A stretch of 64,000 nucleotides of DNA from Octopus vulgaris (taxonomy: Eukaryota): NCBI GenBank assembly GCA_951406725.2, contig OX597821.1, forward strand, positions 44,330,001 through 44,394,000, given 5' to 3'. The notes under the pieces are model-generated. The model did no database searches and was not told where the DNA came from. It was given only the letters and a program-made list of their open reading frames with translations. This document shows, piece by piece, positions 28,535 through 42,193 of the stretch; positions within the stretch are counted from its first letter, which is position 1, and every line of letters starts with the position of its first letter. The translations under genes and the position numbers were made by a program.

Positions 28535-29833
28535 ATGTGTGTGTGTATGTATGTATACATACCTATAGAGAGAGAGGAGAAAGAAAGAAGAAGACAGAGA
28601 GGAATAGAAAAGGTAAAAGTGATACAGACAGTGGTAAATGATTTGTTGTGAGATATAGTAGAATAAAGGCAAATCTTCCACTTTCCTCATTTCATGGGCG
28701 ATGTAGAAAGGAGTGACACAGAAATGGGTTATGGAAGAGGAGGTGAGATAGAAAAGGAAATCAATGGGTGAGAGATCCAAATGTTCAGATACAACCCACT
28801 CCACATCACTTCTACTGGTTTAATGCACATTTTGCCATGCCAGTGGTATAGGTGTGTATGTGTGTGTAATTTATGTATGCATAGGTAGTGTAAAAGTGAG
28901 AGGCGAGGTATGTTGCCACCAACAACATCCAACTACAACTACGATCACCAGCACTGCCTGCCACCCCAGTAGCAATGTAGTCAGAGAACTATGACAATAT
29001 TTTACTGTGGTATATTCAATGTAAACATGGCTCAGACATGTTGAGATCAATAAATTATGCAATGTTTGGTGACAAATTGTTATTGAACTGATGATAACAG
29101 AGATAGAGAAGTATCTAGAATGATATGAAAATTAGAAGGCGGGGAGATAAGTGTGGGGGTGTATGCATGCATATAGGAGGGGGGTGTATGTATGTGTATA
29201 CATATTTATAAACATACATATACGTATGTGTGTGTGTGTGTATATATATATATACACATACATATATCATCATCATTATTCTATGTATATGCTCACGCAC
29301 ACATACATATGTATGCAAACAATATGTATGTGTATATGAGTATGTGTGTATGTATACATATAAAAAATATATATATATACGTATGTGTATGTATGTATAT
29401 ATATATAAGACACAGGTGTGACTGTGTGGTAAGAAACTTGCTTCTCAAACATGGCCTCTAGGTTCAGTCCCACTGTTTGGCCCCTTGAGCAAGTCTCTAC
29501 TACTATTACAGCTTCATAGTAACCAAAGCCTTGGCGTGTGTCTTTGTGTCTGTGTTTGTCCTCCACACGACTTGGAAACTGGTGTTGGTGTGTTTACATC
29601 CCCATAACTTCACAGTTCAGCATAAGAGACCAATAAATTAAATACCAGGCTTAAAAAAAGTAAGTATTGAGATTGATTCATTCAACTAAAAAAATTCTTC
29701 AAAGCAATGCTCCAGCATGGCCGCAGACAAATGACTGAACTGAAACAAGTAAAAGATAAAAGATACGTATAAAAAGATATATGTATACATGTGATACATA
29801 TGTGTATATATACATACATACATACATACATAG

Positions 29834-29874
<41 letters not shown>

Positions 29875-29933
29875 ATTCTATGTATATGTATGTATATATA
29901 TGTGTGTGTGTATATATATATATCATGATGATG

Positions 29934-29968
<35 letters not shown>

Positions 29969-30564
29969 TGTACACATGCACACACAGAGGGAGAGAGAGA
30001 TAGAGAGAGAAAGAGAGGAAAAAAGGTGGAAAGTGTATGGGTGAGACAAACAGTGAGTAGAAGATTGAGAGTGAGACTGAGAGTGATAGAGAGAAAAGGT
30101 TTAGAATAGAGAGAGGGGGTGAAAAATAATCCTTAATACCAAATTCTATCAAAAACAATCTGCATTTACACTTTACTAGACATGTCCCACCACCACCACC
30201 ACTACCACCAGTCATTATTTGCATTTACATTATCTGATGTCAATTATTGCTAAATTGCTTCCATCTTCAACTTTCCTACAGTCTATGTTATATTGCAACT
30301 TGTAGGTGTAGATGCATGGGTAAGAAGCTTGGTTCCCAACCATATGGTCTTGGGTTCAATTCCAGTGTGTGGTACTTTAAGCATGTGTCTTCTTCTATAG
30401 CCTCATGAAAGCCAAAGTTCTGTGAGTGGGTTTGGTAGAAAAATTGAAGAAGGTCAACACACACACATGCACACACACACACACACACACACGCACACTC
30501 ACAACACACACACACATATAGATAGTGTGTGTGTGTGCATAAGTAATCGTTACGTTGCAAATAC

Positions 30565-30835
30565 TGAACTATAGGCAGAATTAATTACAGAAGAACTATG
30601 TTGTAAGTACAAACATGCACCTAAAAATACACTAACAAATGTAATTATAAGAGATTGAACATCATCACTAGACTAGGAATAGAAGATGGAACAGAGCCAT
30701 ATACCCCTAGAGAAGCAAGAATATATTTAAAAGACCTTAAAAATAATTTTGATACCGACCTCAAAGTTAGACTGATACACCCTTCCAAATCAGATATAGG
30801 TAGGATTAACAAAACAATTTTTGATAGGGTAATAT
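30565..30835 (+). mobile_element. Penelope-like element, RT N-terminal fragment
   Basis: RLGIEDGTEPYTPREARIYLKDLKNNFDTDLKVRLIHPSKSDIGRINKTIFDRVI matches the PLE (Neptune-type) motif AxITLKDHKxNFxxxxxxRLINPxKSExGxxSKxILD. Confidence 0.75.
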
Positions 30836-30991
30836 TGCATGACACCAGTAGCAACCACAACTATGATTTCACTTGGCTTGATGGGTCTTCTTCTCAAGTA
30901 CAGCATATTGCCTGAGGTCTTGGTCAGTTGTCATTGCCTTCATGAGACCCAACAGTCAAAAAGTGCTTTTTACATGTACTGTATGTGTTGT

Positions 30992-31030
<39 letters not shown>

Positions 31031-31950
31031 TGTGTGTGTGGGGGGGGTGTTTGTGAGAGGTCAAGATGAAGTGTTGAAGATAGTTGGAGGTAGATTTAGA
31101 TACAACAGTAAATGGCTGAGGTTTTTAGTGTCTCATCATACTCTTGCCATTTCATGACACTTGCTTAAGAATAAAACTTAAAGATGTCCTAGGTTACCTC
31201 CTGTATTACCAGAAAAAAAGATAATATTAGTGTTATTCTAATGTCATGCTTTTTTCTTAACTGTGTAATTATTTCTTGTTAGCAACCTAACTAACACATA
31301 CACAACCTTGTACATGATGGTTAATTCATCACTGCTCCAACTAATGAAGTCAGAATAATACCTAAACATATCTGGGGTTGCCTCCTCAAACCTGCCAGGA
31401 AAACTGAAATGAAATTCATCTTTTAAAGACATGGCATGAAATTCATGGCATTGATAGAGTTGATTAGTTAAATCCCAAACTCTACTGATGTTTCTTTAAT
31501 GACCCCCAGCTCCCCCAGGATGACAAAAGTTAACACTGGTGAGATTTGAACTCAAATATCAATGGCTGTAACTAAATACTGCCAGGAATTTTGTTTGAAT
31601 CATTAATGATTGTACCAATCCAACGATATTAGCCACTGGTTAATATCAATAATTTTAGCTCAATACCTCTGTTTTATGATCTCATCGTAAATTATGTTAG
31701 CTGACACTACTTAACTGTTTGTATAATTACTGATCATATTAACTTGAAGATGATTACAATAAAATGTGGGAACTAGAAGATGAAAGATGAGGTTAATCAT
31801 AAAGAACACCTCTTCATACTGATTTGGTAGGAGTTAAACATATATCAAGGCTGATTGGAGTGATGTCAAGGAAGTAGTTGGCTGGCTGGTTGGTTGGTGG
31901 TAATGGTTTGTAACAGTACTAGCAGCAGCAGCAGCTGTAGTAGTAGTAGC

Positions 31951-32002
<52 letters not shown>

Positions 32003-33429
32003 ATGGTGGTGATGGTGGTGGTGGTCACTTTTTTAACCATGTGCAGAAAAAGTTTTCTTCAATTTGTCGCCATAATTCCTGACAAAGATGATGGAAACAC
32101 ATTTTATCTCAACATGCTTTCTCCTTTCCTTTGGTTTTGCCTTTTCTAATCTCCATTTCAATTCAGAATCTAAATTGATTGCAATGCTGTTTTATATATC
32201 GAATCTTTTGAGCAATTTTGGTAAAACTCATATCAAAAATCCATTCACATGTCTGCTATATTTTCTCTTTGTAGTTTTCTTTTTATTTTGACCAGTTTGA
32301 AGATGGAGTTATGCTGTTTGCATTAGCTGTGTTTTGTTTATTCACAAATACAAAACTAATGTGTATATTGACAGTATTTGATGAGATTTTCTTTTATGTT
32401 TGTTTAATTGTTTAATGTTTGTGAGTTTAGAGATTGATGTGAATGTTGAGGTAACTTAAAAATTAAAATTTTTCATAATGTTTTATATATGTGTGATCGT
32501 CTGTATAACGTCTGATTTTTCATGGGGTTAGATGGATGAGGAGTTATTTTGAAGCAGGATATAACTGCCAGATGCTCTTTCTGTTATCAACCTTTCAGTA
32601 TTGTTATTCACAAGCCAGTTGTTTCTTTATGCAGTAGGTTTTTGAAAGTACAATGCAACCAACTATAATGATAGCAAGTAATGTTAACGTAGTCAATGCT
32701 TGCATGAGCAGTGACAAGTGTGGAATATCAGCATTCATGCACACACATACACACACACACATATGTACACATATATTAGTGTGGCTTAGTGATTAGAATA
32801 TTCGGTTCATGATTATAAGGTCATGAGTTTGATATGTAGCAGCAGCATGCTGTGTCCTTGGGCAAGACACTTTATTTCACATTGCCCCTGTCCACTTAGC
32901 TAGCATAAATGAGTAGTACCAGTCAGAGGGAGAGAGCAAGAGAAAGAAAGAAAGAGAGGAAGAGAATGAGAGTGTGAGAGTGTAAGAAAGAGCTGGAGAA
33001 AGAGGGTGGCAGAGTACCAGGATAAACTCATAAGGAACAGGGATTGGAATATAAACAGGATGGTAGAATAGAGCAAGAGAGAGATAGATGGTGGCAGAGT
33101 GCCAAGCCACACCCTCAAGGTATAGGAATCAGATATAAATGATAGGGTATTGCCAAAGGTACATGAGTAGGGAGTAGGGACTTCACATGAATACAAAGAT
33201 TGGTGGGAGGGGACCTGGGTATATAGACAGGGTGGGGGATAACATGATAGCAATGATACAGTGAGCAGGGCAGCGAGGACAGGAGTGGGGAGCAAGAGGA
33301 GAGATGATCATAAGTATAGTGCATGTGAAAGAGGAGGTGTGAGGAAGAGAAGTGATGTAGTTTGGTTTGTTGGGGTTAGGGTGTGGGAAAAGATTTATCG
33401 TTACAAGTAGGTGGAACACACAGCACTTC

Positions 33430-33797
33430 TAGAACTCAGTTTCTCTGAAGTGGACAGGTCTTTTCAAGAACCTCATATCACCAGACATATCATCATTTCT
33501 CTGTGAGGCCCAGCATCCTAAGATCACTCCTCACCACTTCATCCCATGTCTTCCTGGGTTTTCCTTTTCCACAGGTGCCATCCACTTGCAGTGATCAGCA
33601 CTTCTTTATACAGCAGTCTTCATTCATATGCATCACATGTCCAAACCAACATAGTCTTCTCTCTTGCATTCTGCATCTGATTCCTCTTATGCCCAACGTT
33701 ACTCTCACCACATCTACACTTTGTCATACATGCACACTGATGCTGCACATCAAAAGAAGCATACTACCTTCATTCCTCTCTAGTCTACTCATATCAT
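33430..33797 (-). mobile_element. Decayed RTE LINE ORF end
   Basis: Minus strand MSRLERNEGSML..IRGIRCRMQERRLCWFGHVMHMNEDCCIKKC..GTCGKGKPRKTWDEVVRSDLRMLGLTE. Confidence 0.85.
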
Positions 33798-33824
33798 CTA
33801 AAACACACACATACACACCTATGC

Positions 33825-33886
<62 letters not shown>

Positions 33887-35307
33887 ATGTGTGTGTGTGT
33901 GTGTGTGTATATATATACGTAGAAGGTTGATAAGGAACACACAAGTTGATATGTATATGGAAATAAGTCAGGGTAGAAAATGCTAAAGCAATTTTATCAT
34001 GAAAAGCATTTTAGTACTGGTTTCAGTCTTTGCACCTTTTTCAACTTAAATTGTGGAAAAATTAAATGAAATGTTTTTCTTAATATTTCCATAGTTTTCA
34101 AATGTAAGGGATATTCTCCTTTTTTTTCTTATTGTCTCTGAGACTTGTCTTGACAGGTCTTCTCAAGCACAGCATATCACCAAAGGTCTCGGTCACTAGC
34201 CACTGCCTCCATATGTATAAATGCATTTATATGAGGTGATTGGGTTTGTTTGTTTTATTCTTTTGCTAAAGACATGTTCTTTCATAATTAGAATTTTTCA
34301 TTATCATAAAGATAATTGAATTTGTCATGTCAGGTTGTTCTGATCGCCATAGTCAGAAAATATATATACTGTGCTCTGTAATACAACCTTTAGTTGAGTG
34401 TCTAGCAAAGAATCACAAAACTCAGAGTACCTCCAAACTACTTATACATTCCTCCTTCCTCACTGTGCCTATTTCAGTACACATATATACTACTATATAT
34501 GCTATCCCTCTCCTCATAGAACCACTTTCCCACCTGGTCCCAAACCCACTTGTTTTTTGGGGGGGTTTTTTGAGTTGGGGTGCTTTTTCCATGCAACCAC
34601 ATTTTCTTATTCACACTCCTTCTACAATTTTTTTCTCAATCTTTCTTCTGATGAAGGAGTAGTATCTGAAATGACGAGATCTTTTGCCTTCTTTGTGAGT
34701 ATCAAACTAATACAGTGCTGGTTAAAACTTATTCTTCCTGTCATTTTCTTTCTTTTTGTCTTCACTAACTTTCTGATTTATGAATAAATATGTGTGTATG
34801 CATATGTGTATTTGTAATACATACATATATGTATACATACATACATACATACATATATACATGCATACAAAAGTATATAAGCATGAATGCATGTATTTAA
34901 GTGTGTGTGTATGTATCTATGAGTAAATGTATGCAGGCACAGGTATGTACGCATGTATGCATATATGTATGTATGAGTGAATGCACGTGTTCATATATCA
35001 AATACGTTTAATATATAAATAATTCCTCATAGATACTGTTAATTAACCATATGGTTAATTAACAAGAGAAAATAATTATGGGTTTGGAAACTATGGAAGA
35101 ATGATCATTAATAATCGGTTGCCTGTTAGATTTCCTCTATAATCCCAGTAATTTTTGTAACTAAATTTACACATTCTTTTGCACCTGCTGTTTTGTATTC
35201 CTGTTAATTAATGACACAATAATGTTAACAAATATCTTTTTTTGTTATCTGAAATCACTTCAATGAACTAATACTTTTGTTTATATTTTAACTCCCTCCC
35301 AACTCAG

Positions 35308-35452
35308 TGTATTGTGAAGAAGCAGCTCTAAAAATCTATGATGGGTTTGCTGATCCCTCTACAGTACCAGCTGAAAAAATCTGTGGTCGCCTTTATGCTG
35401 ATCATGGCGGACAGAAGGAATTTATTTCAAGATCGTCAAGGATCACGTTGAG
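35308..35452 (+). CDS. Exon of CUB + LDLa protein; middle of CUB domain
   Basis: ctcag acceptor and gtaggt donor at 35453; phase 1/2, joins the previous exon in frame (G+TG=V). Translates VYCEEAALKIYDGFADPSTVPAEKICGRLYADHGGQKEFISRSSRITL(R), matching CUB C..LxIYDG..xCG..xSxxxxxxLxF. Too short for the ORF track. Confidence 0.92.
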
Positions 35453-38356
35453 GTAGGTAGGTGTTTCTTCATTAATTTATGTGGTAACCAATCAATAAAC
35501 TCAATAAGATAAGTAGTAGGCGGGAAGTGAAGTTTATCTGGTGCTTAGCAATCTTATTTATATATTTCTACAGGATTTTAAATGCCAAATTTTTGATCGC
35601 AGAGAAGTTGTTTCATTTTGTATTTATCTAGCAGAGATGTCACTGAAACTACGTTTTCACCTTTTGCAATAAATAAATTGATCTTTAAGAAAATCTGCTT
35701 AACTTAATTAGTTACTGGGCTCTCAAGAAAATGGGGTTGATCTTCCTAGATTACTGACTTCAAAATGTAATTAACTAGAAGGATTTTTCCTTCAAATGAA
35801 AATATCCAATAGAAAAATTCCATAAATGATTTCTGGAATAAAGATGGCATTTACATTAATTCTTTGCACAAGATGAAAGTTGGAAAATGAATAAAGTGTG
35901 TCAATTGATGCTTTACAGTTTAAAAACTATCATTAGGTGTCTTTCAGAATATCTCTTTCATAAAAAGGAATAATTAGGGAAGCTATGTAAGTAGAGGAAT
36001 CATCTGCTGTTTACTCTAAATTACTTTAAGTTTAGGCTATTAATTTGAAATATATGAAGAAAACCATAGATATATATACATGCATCATGTATCAAACATA
36101 CATACATGCATACTAACATACATACATACGTACATGTGCACATGTGCATGCATGCACGCACACACACATAAATACATATATATATACATATATACATACA
36201 TATATACATATATGCGAATGTATGTACATACACACATACATACAGACATGCATGCATACATACATGCATACATACATACATACATACATACATACATACA
36301 TACATACATACATACATACATACATACATACATGTATGTATGCTAGCATGTATATGTATATGTACATATGTGTTATGTATGACATATGCATCTACATATA
36401 TATATGCATGTATGCTGTATTTATTTGAGACAGTTTTACAGCCAAATGCCATTCCTGACACAACTGAGGCCAATTTTTTAAGTCACCTTTTAAGTCACAC
36501 AAGGTTAGAATGTTAGTATTCTAAAAACCAAGATGCACTCAAAATATGGTTGCAAAATTAAATAAAGTTTAATTTTGATACCATAACCCCAGAAGCAGAC
36601 AACATTGATGATAATGTTAGGATATGGAAAAATATGAACATTTACTAAAAATCTGATATATTTCAGCAGGCAATAGCCTAATTTCCCTTTCTCAATGTAT
36701 TTCGATGGATATTTAATTGGAGCAGACATTCTCAGAACATTTGAAAAATGTAACTTAATTTTGCCGAGTTTTCAATGAAATTAGAAAAATCATTCAAGAA
36801 AAACAATCTTTTGTGAAAATTCTTTCAGATTTAAATTTATACAAAAAAAGAAAATTTGAAAAAATTTATTCAGAGGTGGGAAACAGACTCTGATCACATA
36901 TTGATGGAAGACAGGAGGGAGATGCTAAAAATAAAACAGCTTGAAGATCAATCATATAATTCTACTTCTTAATTACTACATTTAGGATTTCTTCAAAATT
37001 AGGTTAGGCTAAGCTATTCACTGATATTATAATTTTTCTGGTTTCATTAGAAATTAGGTGAAAAACAGTTTTAAAATAATTATCTTCTGTTTCCAGTATT
37101 TAAGCGATTACATTCAATCTAATGACCGTTTCTGTGAGATTTACTTCTTCAATTAGTATTTTACTAATTAGAAATTACAAAAAAAAAAATTAGAATTTTT
37201 AATATTGATGTTAATTATTTTTTTTCAATTTTCATTAAGCTAGTTACTTTTTCAAAGTTCCCCAGTTGCATGTGACTTCTTTTCAATGTTGCTGATTTAT
37301 AAAACAGAATGGGTTATATATATTTAAAAATAAAATCAATTTCTAAATGTCTTATCTTCTTTAATTTCTCAGAATATTAGAATATGTTAATAAATATATA
37401 CATTATGCAAATTATTCATCCAAATTCAATGGTGAATGCCGTTGCTATTACCAATAATTATTGATATAGATGTATTTATCATATAAATCAACTAAATATG
37501 TTAAGAGTAAGTCTTTATAATCCATGAGAGTAAATCTATATAGAGTCTGTACAGTTAACCAGCCAACCACTCAATATATTCCTTTTCAAGTTGTAGAGTA
37601 TCTGAGCTCAGAGTACAATAAGCTTGTTATTATTATTACTTGAATAGAGGTGGTGAGATAGTTGAATCTTAAGCATTCTGGACAAAATGCTTCACGAAAC
37701 TTTTTCTGGTTTTATGTTCTGAGTTCAAATACCGTCCATATCAGCTTTGCCTTTCACCCTTTTGAGGTCAATAAAATAAATATCAGTCATGCAGTGGGGT
37801 CAATGTAATCAATTAGTCCTCACCTCAAAAATTTTTGTCGTTGTGCCGTTAGTATAAAAAATTATTACTTGAGTGTTATCCCATCATATGACAGGTAACT
37901 TTAGAAGTATACTTTTGCCACCTTGAAAGTAACTATAGTTTAACTTTTATCAAATTCCTTGATGCTTATACAAAATAATGAAATACTCTTTTACTCTTTT
38001 ACACATTTCAGTCATTTGACTGCGGCCATGCTGGAGCACCGCCTTTAGTAAAAGAAATCGACCCCAGGACTTATTCTTTGTAAGCCTAGTACTTATTCTA
38101 TCGGTCTCTTTTGCCAAACCACTAAGTTTCAGGGACATAAATACACCAACATCGGTCGTCAAGCGATGGTGGTGGGGACAAACACAGGCGCAAAGACACA
38201 CTCAGATAAATACATATACATGTATATATTTAAAATTTAAATAAGTTATCTATAAAAATAATGATAAAGTGACCAGCAAGCATAATTCAAATAAGCAAAA
38301 TATATAATAAAATGTCAGGACACAATATGTATCTGTTTGCTTGAAAGAGGATTTAA

Positions 38357-38576
38357 CCCTTTAGTGTTTAAACCGGCCATATCCAGCCAAAATATTCTAC
38401 CTATTTTATGTTCAAACTAGTCAGATATGGTCAGTCATAGCTACTTAATTGTGTCATTTTAAAAATAAACAATCACATCATTGAAATCTCAAAGCCATGA
38501 AATGATGCAGGATTAATTCTACATAGTGTGAATACATAAGCTTTACATTTGACAGAATAATCTGAATGCTAAAAGG
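38357..38576. mobile_element. piggyBac-type MITE, intact
   Basis: TTAA on both sides (38353-38356, 38577-38580); termini CCCTTTAG / CTAAAAGG. Confidence 0.8.
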
Positions 38577-39298
38577 TTAAAGCCCTCCAAAACCATGCAT
38601 TGCTCGCTATATGTAAACATGCACAGAGAATATAGCAAATATATTTCTCCGAAGCAGTCCTCCCACTTGTAAAATATATTTAGTAAAATACAAATGAGAT
38701 GATAAACATCCTAGTATCAATTGATTTTGCTTTCTGCATCAAGCCAACACTTAAAGCTCATCAGTTAGGCTTACTACATAAACTATTTCAAAAAACATAT
38801 TTACCTTTCCGTGCACATTGTTCAACTGTAGCCCCTGCAACTTCCAAGCAAACGTCAGTGAGCAAGTATAAATTTAAAATTCAAATAAGTCATCATTATC
38901 TTTAAAAATAATGATAAAGTGGCCATCAAACATAATTCAAATAAGCAAAATATATAATAAAAGGTCAGGACACAATATGAACCTGTATGCAAACAGGTAT
39001 ATGCTGTACCCCGACTTTTTATTACACAGACACTTGCCCAAACCTACCCCTGCAAAATTGAATTGGAAAAAAAAATTTTCTCAGAAAGTTATTAAAGATT
39101 TATCCTGCACCCCTTGTGTTAATTCTCTATGTTGTAAAGTATGACTGAAGAAATCAACTATCAAACCAACATTTATATTGATTATTATTAAATAGAGATT
39201 GTTAAAACTCTTTTGATACCAGCTTGATACCAACTTCTTGAGATGATGCTTGATTCTATGAGACAAGCTTCCTGTTTTAGAGTAAACTAAATTAAAAC

Positions 39299-39545
39299 AA
39301 GAAATACTGAATTTCTAAATCTCTCGTAGAGACATGTATGGTGGTGGGGTGATAGAATGGTTGTATACTGTCAATCTAACACGAACGTGACAGTAGGGGG
39401 GTATACCACCGCTGTATAGCCCTAGGAAGCATCGACGCCTCCTGATGGCTTTGACACATTTTACCCTGTGTCCTTATATACATTTACGAAGGGGAGACAA
39501 ACACCCCCGGCCACCAGAGCTGCATCTAGGGACACGTGTTTCAGG
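39299..39545 (-). mobile_element. Penelope-type pseudo-LTR fragment, truncated inside its hammerhead
   Basis: Shares TAAATCTCT..GAGA, TATAGCCC.AGG and GACAC..GTGTC motifs with 41702-42365 and 48806-49123. The minus strand begins CCT-GAAAC-ACGT-GTC (hammerhead 3' half with palindromic stem III). AAAAC on both sides. Confidence 0.6.
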
Positions 39546-40749
39546 AAAACCTTCCTTCAAAATACCATGTTAAAATTTCTTCTGAACACCAACTTAATAA
39601 CAACATATTTTGCTAAATACCTTATTATTTTCAAAATTAAATGAAACAGCAACAATGTATATCAATAGAAATATCATGATGAAAGGGTGGAGAATTTGAT
39701 CTAACAAAGGAGTTGTAAATTATAGAGCATTCCTGCCATTTACAAGTGATTAGTGAGAACTACAGTACCCATTTACAGCTTGGTAAACTATTTCAATGTT
39801 ATGTGTCTAGATTGAAAACAATCACTAGTGATGGGATACAAACCTTGAATTCTTTAGCCACTTATCTACCATATAGCCATCTTAACCAGTCACAGCTATT
39901 TAACTAAATCAATAATTGTTTCTAATTTGTTTCTAATTTCGGAAAAATGCTGGAAGTTTTGAGGAGGTGGTTGTCAGTCAACTGCATCAGTATTGGTATT
40001 TTATTTTATTGACCCTAAAAGGATGAAAGGCAAAGTTCACCTCAATAGAATGTGAACTTAGAATGTAATGAACCAGAAGAAATACAGCAAAGCTTTTGTT
40101 CAATGCTTTGCTGATTCTACTAGCTTCTCAAATATTAATTTAGGCAAAATATCAGAAATCTTGAAGAGAAGGTGCTAGTCAATTATATTATCCCCAGCAC
40201 TAGACTGGCACTTTATTTCAACAACTGCTACAGGAATAAAAGTAAAACTGACATTGATGAAATTTGAACCCAGTAATAATAATTAAATTTTGGCACATAG
40301 CCAACAGTTATAGAGAAAGGTGGGAGTTAGTCAATAATATTGACCTCAGTTCTTGACTGGCACTTTATTTGATCTATGATGAAGACATTGATGTGTGTAT
40401 GTGTGTGCACATGCGTGTCATTAGAGTCTGACAAATCATCCATAAAGGTAAATGCTTTATGGACACAAAACCATTGGCCACTCAACACATGACTGGACAG
40501 ATATTTAACTGCAAGATATATGCCCTCCACCATTAGAGTCTGATGAGTTGTCTATAAAGCTAAGCACTTTAGGAATGCAAAATCATTGGTCAATCTATGA
40601 CCAGAGATGCATTTAACTGCAAGTAAATACATTACTGCTCTTTCCCAACCACATGGTCCTGGGTTCAGTCACACTGCATGGCATTTTGGGCAAGTGTCTT
40701 CTACTATAGCCTCAGGCTGACCAAAGCCTTGTGAGTGGATTTGGTGTGT

Positions 40750-40808
<59 letters not shown>

Positions 40809-41047
40809 TTTGTGTCTGTGTTTGTCTCCCGCCATCACTTTACAACTGGTGCTGGTGTCTTTACATCCCCATAACTTAGCAGTTCAACAAAAGAAAACGA
40901 TAGAATAAGTACCAAGCTTATAAAGAAAAGCATAAGTACTGGGGTCAATACATTCGGCTAAAAATTCTTGGGCACAGTCTAATGACTGAAACAAGTAAAA
41001 GATATAAGATATATATACACACACATACACACATACACACACACTCA

Positions 41048-41093
<46 letters not shown>

Positions 41094-41640
41094 GACAGAC
41101 AGACAGGGATGGACAGACAGGTAGATAGAGAGGTAAAACAGCAGCAATATTGACCCCTTATAAAATTTCATCTCCATATTTTCAAGAGAGCAGACTAAAT
41201 AATTTATAGTGCAAGCCCTCTAAGACACACCTAACTCCCTGTAAGTGGCAGATTCTTTTACAAAATATGACTGGTTACCACTGATGTTATAGATAAACAT
41301 TCGTGTTTTATTATATATTTACATTCCATGTAAATAAACCATTTTAAATATTATTTATATTAAATAACAATTGAAAATGTTTTATTTCCGAGTTATTTAT
41401 TCTGTGATTAGATTTACTGAAAATATGCTTTGTTCATTTTGTTTTTGGATTTGGTTTGCAAGATTCTTTATGTGAGTTCTTGTGTTAAAGCATAGTCTGT
41501 TGTGTCTGGTGAGAGTCATTCTCTTTTGGTGCCTTATAATTTAACACACTCACTGGTAAAATTTCCACTTATTTGTTTTTTATTTTATTTTTATTTTTCT
41601 AAAATTCTCATTGCATCTCGCAACCTTTTCAATATCTATC

Positions 41641-41704
<64 letters not shown>

Positions 41705-41922
41705 CAATAATAAATCTCTGAGCGAGAATTAAACAGGAGCAGCACGGTATTGTGAAGTATATTTGCCACCTAAGTGTGGCTGACCCATATGGCACAATGC
41801 TACTGTAGTTTATAGCTGCAGGAAGACATCTCCTCAAGTTGGCTAGAAACACACTGTCTGTGCCCAATCAGTATTTGTGAAGGGATATCATCGTTCCCAA
41901 CTCTAGCCTGCCTGCCATCATA

Positions 41923-41967
41923 CACACAGACCCAGGTTTCTAGGTAGTAACCCATCATCAGCATGTG
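41923..41967 (-). ncRNA. Minimal type I hammerhead ribozyme (PLE-associated)
   Basis: Minus strand CACAUG-CUGAUGA-UGGGU(UACU)ACCUA-GAAA-CCUGGG-UC-UGUGUG: intact core, 5-bp stem II, 6-bp stem I (two G.U pairs), GUC cleavage triplet. Confidence 0.8.
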
Positions 41968-42148
41968 ACAGTCCTATATGGGACAGCCACATTTAGGTGT
42001 TAAATATACTTCACAATGTCATGTTGCTACTGATTAATTGTCGCTCAGAGATTTATTATTGCTTTTTTGAGATCAGTAACTTTTTGTCACTGGAAAAAGC
42101 ATATGTATTTGTGTTTGAAATCACTTCTCATCCCGATCTGGAGATTGT

Positions 42149-42193
42149 CACACGCTGATGACAAGTTACTACTCAGAAACCCGAGTCTATGTG
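42149..42193 (+). ncRNA. Minimal type I hammerhead ribozyme, degenerate copy
   Basis: CACACG-CUGAUGA-CAAGU(UACU)ACUCA-GAAA-CCCGAG-UC-UAUGUG: core intact, but two mismatches at the base of stem II and one in stem I. Confidence 0.65.

Noticed and set aside
34640-34685. CTGATGA..GAAA hammerhead-like string
   Set aside because: Weak stem II, no UH triplet at the expected position and no convincing stem I; at best a dead relic. CTGAAGA at about 22794 and CTGATGA at about 40540 lack GAAA.
39546-39562. Apparent 5' half of a hammerhead (minus strand TTGAAGGAAGGTTTTCCT)
   Set aside because: It lies beyond the AAAAC junction in the host MITE-like sequence, the core is wrong and stem I is absent; judged coincidental.
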